From: the human T2T-CHM13v2.0 reference genome, Homo sapiens
DNA: 64,000 nt
Reading direction: 5' to 3' (one strand)
Assembly: GCF_009914755.1 (NCBI RefSeq)
Contig: NC_060936.1
The position numbers and the translations under genes are program-made. The first letter of the stretch is position 1. Each line of letters begins with the position of its first letter. Below are positions 56,001 to 64,000 of the stretch, one piece after another. A model generated the notes under the pieces. The model was not told the DNA's origin and did no database searches. It saw nothing but the letters and a program-made list of their open reading frames with translations.

Positions 56001-58022
56001 GTCAATATTAGACAGATCAATGAGACAGAAAATTAACAAAAATATTCAGGAGTTGAACTCAGCTCTTGACCAAGGGGACCTAATAGGCATCCACAGAACT
56101 CTCCACCCCAAATCAACAGAATATACATTCGTCTCAGCACTATGTGGCACTTATTCCAAAACTGACCACATAATTGGGAGTAAAACTCCCATCAAGTGCA
56201 AAAGAACAGAAATCATAACAAACAGCCTCTCAGACAACAGTACAATCAAATTAGAACTCAGGATTAAGAAACTCACTCAAAACTGCACAACTACGTGGAA
56301 ACTGAACAACCTGCTCGTGAATGACTACTGAGTAAATAACGAAATTAAGGAAGAAGTAAATAAGTTCTTTAAAACCAATGAGAATGAAGTCACAACGTAC
56401 CAGAATCTCTGGGACACATTTAAGCAGCATGTAGAGGGAAATTTATAGCACTAAATGTCCACAAGAGGAAGGAGGAAAGATCTAAAATTGACACCCTAAC
56501 ATCACAATTAAAAGAACTAGAGAAGCAAGAGCAAACACATTCAAAAGCTAGCAGAAGGCAAGAAATAACTAAGATCAGAGCAGAACTGAAGGAGATAGAG
56601 ACACAAAAAAGCCTTCAAAAAATCGATGAATCCAGGAGCTTGTTCTTGGAAAAGATCAACAAAATAGATAGACCATTAGCCAGACTAATAAAGAAGAGAA
56701 GAGAGAAGAATCAAATACATGCAATAAAAAATGATATAGGGTGAGCATTTTTTATGTGTTTTTTGGCTGCATAAATGTCTTCTTTTGAGAAGTGTCAGAG
56801 AAATGCAAATCAAAACCACAATGAGATACCATCTCACACCAGTTAGAATGGCAATCATTAAAAAGTCAGGAAACAACAGGTGCTGGAGAGCATGTGGAGA
56901 AATGGGAACACTTTTACACTGTTGGTGGGACTGTAAACTAGTTCAACCATTGTGGAAGTCAGTGTGGTGATTCCTCAGGGATCTAGAACTAGAAATACCA
57001 TTTGACCCAGCCATCCCATTAACTGGGTATATACCCAAAGGACTATAAATCATGCTGCTATAAAGACACATGCACACGTATGTTTATTGCAGCATTATTC
57101 ACAATAGCAAAGACTTGGAACCAACCCAAATGTCCAACAATGATAGACTGGATTAAGAAAATGTGGCACATATACACCATGGAATACTATGCAGCCATAA
57201 AAAATGATGAGTTCATGTCCTTTGTAGGGACATGGATGAAATTGGAAATCATCATTCTCAGTAAACTATCGCAAGAACAAAAAACCAAACACCACATATT
57301 CTCACTCATAGGTGGGAATTGAACAATGAGAACACATGGACACAGGAAGGGGAACATCACACTCTGGGGACTGTTGTGGGGTGGGGGGAGGGGGGAGGGA
57401 TAGCATTAGGAGATATACCTGATGCTAAATGATGAGTTAATGGGTGCAGCACACCAGCATGGCACATGTATACATGTGTAACTAACCTGCACATTGTGCA
57501 CATGTACCCTAAAACTTAAAGTATAATAATAATAAAATAAAATAAATGATACAGGGGATATCACTGCTGATCCCACAGAAATACAAATTACCATCAGAAA
57601 ATACTATAAACACCTCTACGCAAATAAACTAGAAAACCTAGAAGAAATGGATAAATTCCTGGACACATACACCCTCCCAAGTCTAAACCAGGAAGAAGTG
57701 GAATCCTGAATAGACCAATAACAAGTTCTGATATTGAGGCAGTAATTAATAGCCTACCAACCAAAAAAAGTCCAGTACCAGATGATTCACAGCCGAATTC
57801 TACTAGAGGTACAAAGAGGAGCTGGTACCATTCCTTCTGAAACTATTCAAACAATAGAAAAAGATGTACTCCTCCCTAACTCATTTTATGAGGCCAGCAT
57901 CATCCTGATACCAAAACCTGGCAGAGACAAAACAACAAGGGAAAATTTCAGGCCAATATCCCTGATGAACATCAATGTGAAAATCCTCAATAAAATACTG
58001 GCAAACCGAATCCAGCAGCACA
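53051..58022 (-). mobile_element. L1PA6/7-like with large 5' inversion: 3' part minus (53051-54440); ORF1 to ORF2 N-half plus (54441-58022)
   Basis: Antisense 3'UTR and ORF2 C-terminus, then sense ORF1 ATG at 54456; one 14-bp TSD ttaataatggactt (53037-53050/58023-58036) brackets both parts. Confidence 0.95.
56742..57543 (+). mobile_element. L1PA3-like 3' end with 55-bp 5' inversion, nested in the older L1
   Basis: Antisense 56742-56796, then sense agagaaatgcaaatc to tail; TSD aaatgatataggg/aaatgatacaggg. Confidence 0.93.
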
Positions 58023-58569
58023 TTAATAATGGACTTTTAATCTCAAAATAAATATCTGTCAGGAAAAATCAATCAGTATTGAAATATTCACAATATAATG
58101 ACAAGTGTGGAGAAAACAAGTAAACTATCCAATTTAATTCTAATAAATTAAGCTGTACTGGAGCAGTCGTCTCCAGTAGGTAATACCATAATATTAAGTA
58201 ACCTTTTAATTTACTCGCATGCAGTTTAAGATTGTCTCAGGAAGGTGGGGTAAGCAGGGAGTAGATGGAGATGCTCTGTTCTACACGGCCATTCAGAGAC
58301 TCAGGCTGAAAAAATGTGTTCTTCATTATTACCTGTTCTTCATGGCCTTAAAAATGCAATCCCAGTGAATTTGAAGGGCAAACAAACAAACAAAAAAAAA
58401 CAAAAATCAATCAAACAAACAAAAAACATAGAAAAGCATCCATGGCAGTTTTTATTGGCTAAGTCTAAAGGTAGCAAACATCACTTTATCTAAGTATTTA
58501 GAACTCATTCAGATGGCTACACCCAATGTGATCAGAGGTTTAATTATGTATCTAGTTAAATTATGTATA

Positions 58570-60070
58570 CGTGTCAGATCTAAAAACCTCCACACATTTC
58601 TACAGCCTCTCCCATCCAGTGGTGGAGTCTTTTCCTCCTACCCCTTGAATCTGATCTTGTGCAAATGACTTGATTTAATTAAAAGAAATATGAGACAAGT
58701 GACTTAGCAGATTCTGAGCTTTGGACTAAAAAAAACTTACACCTTCTGCTCTCTCCCTCTTGGAATATTGCCAAGATTGGGAGTCAGTCTAAAGCTAACC
58801 AATAGCCTACCAAACACCAGATATGTGAATGAGGCCATCCTAGTGAAGTAGGATATTTCCCTGACACCCTTCACGGGATGCATGAATGGGGTGCCTGGTT
58901 TACTCAGCCCGCAGCTCACAACTGCTTCTGTGAGGGAAAGTGCAAGTGAAGGAGGTGAGAACTGGAGTGCTGGAACTAGCCAGCCATTTCAGCGCCAGCG
59001 GGGGCAAACTCCACTCACTCAGACCCACTGCACTCCACACCTCCATGGGAGGGAGCACACAGGTGAGTGGGTACAGGAGGCAGGGTGAGTGCTTTTGGGC
59101 ATCGGCAGGAGAGAACTGTGTGCAGGCCCCGTGGCAGTGTCTTGGAGGGGGTACCCATAAGTCCTGAAGTCCTGAAGTCCCAGAGGGAGTGTTACACTGC
59201 TCTCACAGTTCTGCTGTCCATGGATGGCTTAAGTGTTAACAGCTCAGTGGACCCTCTACCTTTTCGCACAAGGCAGCTGCCTTCCATCAGTGAAAGCAAA
59301 GGGTCAGTGTGACATCCTTTTGCATCCACACTGTGGTTCCCGAGTTCTTGTCCGGTGTCCAGGAGAAATGAGATCACACAAATGAATTGAAGGATGGTAA
59401 ATAAAGGGGATTTTCTTGGTGATGGAGGTGGCTCTCAGCAGAAGGGGGAGCTGGAAAGGGGACAGGGTAGGAAGATAATCTTCCCCTGAAGATTATTCCC
59501 CTGGCCTTCTCCAGCTAGATTTTTCTCTGAAGTTACACCATCAAGCTGTCCCTCTGAAGTCAAGCCACTTCTCTTTGACATCCAGCCTTAGTATCTGACA
59601 TCCAGCCTTAGTATCTATCATCCAGCTGCTTCTCTCCCTCTCTGCTGCCTGAATCTGTAGTTTTCACAGGCACAGAATGTGGGGTGGGGCAGGCCATGGG
59701 TGGCTTTGGAAAAGGCAACATTCAAGCAGGAAAATAGGGATATAAGTTCTCACTTTGGGCCGCAGTCTCAGGCTTGAGAGTAGGTTTTTGTTAAAGACCT
59801 GCCCTTTTCTGCCTACAATTTCTCTGCCTCCTGTCCCTATCCCTAGATCATCCACTTCCAGAAGGTCTATCAGGTGACTGCAGGTGCTGAAGTAAGTTCA
59901 GTGCAAGCCGATAAAATCTCAGCTAAACCCAGCCCACAGAATTGTGAACAAAGCAATGAAAAATGTTTATCTGAACCACAGAATTGTGAACTCACAGAAT
60001 TGTGAAGAAAACAACAAATGTTTATTTGAACCATTAAGTTGGGGTAGATTGTTAGATAGTCGGGTTAACA
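58570..60070 (+). mobile_element. MLT1G/H-like LTR split by MER52 (58570-58843 and 59847-60070)
   Basis: ggtggagtct..tccccttgaatctg-like start; atgtgaatgaggccatcctag continues as atcatcca; cccacagaattgtga. Confidence 0.7.
58844..59842 (-). mobile_element. MER52-family ERV1 solo LTR (~1 kb)
   Basis: tgaagtaggatatttccctgac...ctgcctcctgtccctatcc termini; 4-bp TSD ctag. Confidence 0.85.
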
Positions 60071-60180
60071 CATTCAGTGCCCATGAAGAAAAGCATTTTG
60101 GCAAACAGCTAGTGCTTTTGTGGAACTCTCTTTGTGGTAAAGATCTACACTTTTATAGGTTTTCCTTATTTTCCAAGTTT

Positions 60181-60331
60181 TTTTTTTTTCTTTTTTAGAC
60201 AGGGTCTCACTCTGTCACCCAGGCTGGAGTGCAGTCGCACAATCACAGCTCACGGCTGCCTTGACCTCCTGGGCTCAACTGATCCTCCCAAGTAGCTTCG
60301 ACTACAGGCATGTGCCACCACGCCTGGCTAA
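60181..60331 (-). mobile_element. FRAM/AluJ right monomer
   Basis: agacagggtctcactctgtcacccaggctgg; TSD tccaagttt. Confidence 0.9.
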
Positions 60332-61814
60332 TCCAAGTTTCTTAATGGTAAAAATTAGCATGTCCTTATGATTTTCAGATTTATTAAATACCCTGGGCAA
60401 ATAACTTTAAAGAAAGATTGGGTTGTTTCTTAGTTTAGAATATTTATAAATCTATACTCTGCCATGTAAAGAATGTTCAAAGCTGAGGCATATAGCACTT
60501 GCTCTTCACAAAATCTCTTTTTTCTGCCTTACATTTTTACACTTTAGTAAGAATCAGAGGCAATCTACTAAATGTTTTTAATTGAAGGTTACATATTCAG
60601 AATATGCACACTTGACAAAATATTTCCAATTTTAAATTCACAAAATGAGAATGTAACCAAGAATAAATAAGAAGAGATAATAAGATGTAAGGAAAAAGAA
60701 AGTCGTGATGCACTAATATCTCTACATCTTTATTAAACACCCTAGATATTTTACCACTATATAGTGAATACATTTTCCAAAACAATATCAGATATACACG
60801 TATATGTATAAGGACTACTTGCCAGAATATTTGAACTCAGAAAAATCTAACATGGTCATTCTTAGGTCTAAACATTTTGGATTGTTTCTTATGTAATGTA
60901 TGATTCATTGTCATATCTTTGTTTTGAACTATGTAATACATAGAGTGTATACCTTGCAGCACAATTTCCAGCCCATCTGTGAAATAATCTCAATTTTTTG
61001 CAATAAGAAAAACAAGAATACGATTACTTTCTTACCTAATATAAGCTAACGTATAGTTTCTAGACTAAAATTCATATATATTTCTTCAGTTAATTTTTGT
61101 ATGGTAGGAATACTTCTCAAGATAGCTATTTATAAGTTCAAATATGATAAAATTTCTTTTTCACTTTGTTCTAGTAAATGGTTAGGTTTTGCAAATGATT
61201 CATGTTGCAACAGAATAAAATCCATATCATTCTGTGAGCTACATTGCTTCATTTATATAATTGTCCATTTTCTTTTGACCCTTCCATTATGAAAATTGTT
61301 TCAACAAACACAAACATTGTGATTTTATAGATGAAAGTTTATTAATTAAATGTATACTGTCAGTTTATCTTAAAAAATTAATTGAATGGACAGTCAAAGT
61401 AAGCAGGGTTGTATTAATGTTGGCTTTATCAATACAGTTAGTACTTTAAAAATGGTCATTTAAGGGTCTGAAAATGGATTTGCTTAATGGAGCATTTTGA
61501 AGAGGGCAGATTTCATGACATATGAGAGACAATAAAGATGTTAGTTTCCTTTTTCAGTCTAAGTATATTTTGGAACTACAGAAGCAAAGGTAAATCAGTT
61601 TTTCTGCTACAGGGCTTCCTTCTCAAAGATTATAATATGTTAATATTTTGTGTGAATTTTCAAAGGTGTGTGGTGATATGCATTATTTCCAGATATGTAT
61701 GACTATATAATCCATTCTCAAGAAAGATCTAACTGGATTAGTGTCCATCAGAAAATACTTTGGGAAGTGGTAGTTTAACAATTAAAAATGATTTGCAATG
61801 CAAATCTAGATAAA

Positions 61815-62458
61815 TTATGTGTACACATGGAGATAGCGTATGGAATCCTAGGCATTGAAGGCTAAGAAGGGTGGGAAGTGGGAGGGGGATAAAGCATGAA
61901 AAATTACTTCATGGGTACAATGTACATTATATGGGTGATAGTGGCACTAAAAGCCCAAACTTCATCCCTATGCAATAGATCAATGTGAAATAGTTTGGAT
62001 ATTGTCCCCTCAAAATTTCATGTTGAAATGTGATGCCCAGTGTTTGAGGTGGGGATTGATGTGAGGTGTTTGTGTAAAGACGGCAGATCCCTCATGAGTG
62101 GCTTGGTGCTGTAATGAGTGAGTGCCCTAGCTCTGTTAGTTACTACAACATCCCATCAGTAAAAAGATCCTGGCACCTCCTCCCCTCTCTCTTTCATTAT
62201 GTGATGCACATGCTTCCCTCTTCGCCTTTCTTTATGATTGGAAGCTTCTTGAGGCTCTTGCTAGAAGCAAATGCTGGTTCCATGCTTCTTGTACAGTCTG
62301 CAGAACCATGAGCCAAATAAAACTTTCCTTATCAATTAAGTACCCAGATTCAGATATTCCTTTATAGCAAGGCAAACAGACTAACATACCATGTAACAAA
62401 ACTATATTTGTACCCCTTAAGTTTATACACATAAAAATAAATACAATAAAATAAAATT
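61815..62458 (+). mobile_element. L1MA/PB 3' end split by an MST LTR
   Basis: gtgtacacatgga...gggtacaatgtacattat; resumes ccatgtaacaaaac...tgtacccctta plus A tail. Confidence 0.85.
61986..62388 (+). mobile_element. MSTB-like solo LTR
   Basis: tgaaatagtttggat...cagactaacata; TSD caatg/ccatg. Confidence 0.9.
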
Positions 62459-62604
62459 GGAAAGTGTTACAGGCAGATGGCACATCCAGAGCCAATATCC
62501 TAAGACATAGCATGCTGGGCTTGTCAGAAGGACTTCGGGGAGGACAGAGTGGCTGGAGCAGAGTGAGGTGGGGATAAAGTCATGGCAGATGAGGACCAGG
62601 TCCT

Positions 62605-62850
62605 TTTAATTTTTCCTTTTGGCAACAGCTTTATTGAGACATAATTTACATATCACATAATTCACCCACTTAAAGCATACAATTCAATTGTTTCAGTGTA
62701 TTCAGAGTTATTCAACAGTCATCACAATCAATTTTAGAGCATTTTTATTACCCCCAAAATCAACCCCATACACTTCACCTATCACCTGCTAGTCCTCCCA
62801 AGCCCTCAGTCCTAGGCACCCACTCATCTGTTTTCTGTCTCTACAGATTT
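62605..62850 (-). mobile_element. L1MB 3' end within an L2 relic (~62460-63120)
   Basis: acagctttattgagacataatttacatatc...ttcacccacttaaag. Confidence 0.8.
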
Positions 62851-63432
62851 GAGACCCGGGTCTCTTAGGACTGCTGTAAAGGCTCCATCTTTGAGTTTTC
62901 AGCAGGTAATTGATATAATTGACATACCAATTTAATAGAGTCCTTCTATAAGCCATGCTGTGAGTAAATTGATAGAGGTGGTTATGGAACTAATCCATCA
63001 AACAATGATCTTGCCTTGGAACAGAGTAATATTGGTGGAAGTGGGAATTGGAAATATATATATATATATATTTCTATATAATAAAAAATTACTAGCTGAT
63101 CTCAGAGATGGGGAGCTCTGTATTCTGACTGTATACTCAGTCTTTTTTTCCAGAATATGTTCTGAACATGTAATTATTTCTTAGCACTTTCCTTTGGCAA
63201 CATATTTCAGACAAAAGACTTGGTGAGTATCTCAAATGGAGATTTTGGGAAGTTATTTTCCAAGCAGAAATTAGCTTAGATCTCCCTCTTAGGATATATA
63301 GATGTTTGAATCTGATATGTGTGTTGAGATTAGGGGTAAAAGAGTAATATCTACTAGTGAGACTTTAGTGTTATTTTACATTTTTGAAAACAATAAGGTA
63401 GGTAGATATTATAACTACAATTAATATCCTTA

Positions 63433-63763
<331 letters not shown>

Positions 63764-64000
63764 AAAAGTTGAAATGTATAGAGATTAAGTACCCTACCTA
63801 ATTATAAAAAAAAAAAATCACAAGTCAGAATTTTGACCAATGTCTCTTTGGTTACAGACATTCTTTGCAGTCATGCCAAATTAATAAAAATGTAAAGAAT
63901 GGTGCCACATAGCTATATGTCATCAAGAAACAAAATTCCTCTATTTTTATCATGCTTCTCATTTAATAAAAGAGTGGAATACTTTTCAAGTAAAATTACA

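Overview
This is AT-rich, CpG-poor primate (human-like) intronic or intergenic DNA. I find no host protein-coding exon. Every ORF in the track with recognisable homology comes from L1, Alu, THE1/MST or MER52, and the rest look like chance ORFs. The window is largely a layered record of transposon insertions. (1) At 5.6-13.9 kb there is a four-level nest: an old L1MA 3' end contains a 5'-intact L1, which contains an MST LTR, which contains a complete THE1 provirus. (2) At 25.6-29.3 kb a 5'-intact, 3'-truncated L1PA3/4 keeps the ZNF93-target segment and an open endonuclease-only ORF. (3) Four L1s are 5'-inverted (twin-primed), and one is nested inside another, with TSDs visible on three. (4) There are about 10 Alu/FRAM copies, MER1A, MER2, MER52, THE1A, MST and MLT1 LTRs, MIR/L2 relics and a 36-nt U2 snRNA pseudogene. 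Structure not explained by repeat annotation includes an ancient ~190-bp local duplication (17.1/20.1 kb), a 32-bp dispersed direct repeat (43.6/44.2 kb), coinciding L1 breakpoints around the RT domain in three independent elements, and two candidate + strand non-coding exons. I see no convincing new biological system. Subfamily calls are by eye from remembered consensus sequences, and boundaries of old repeats are approximate.
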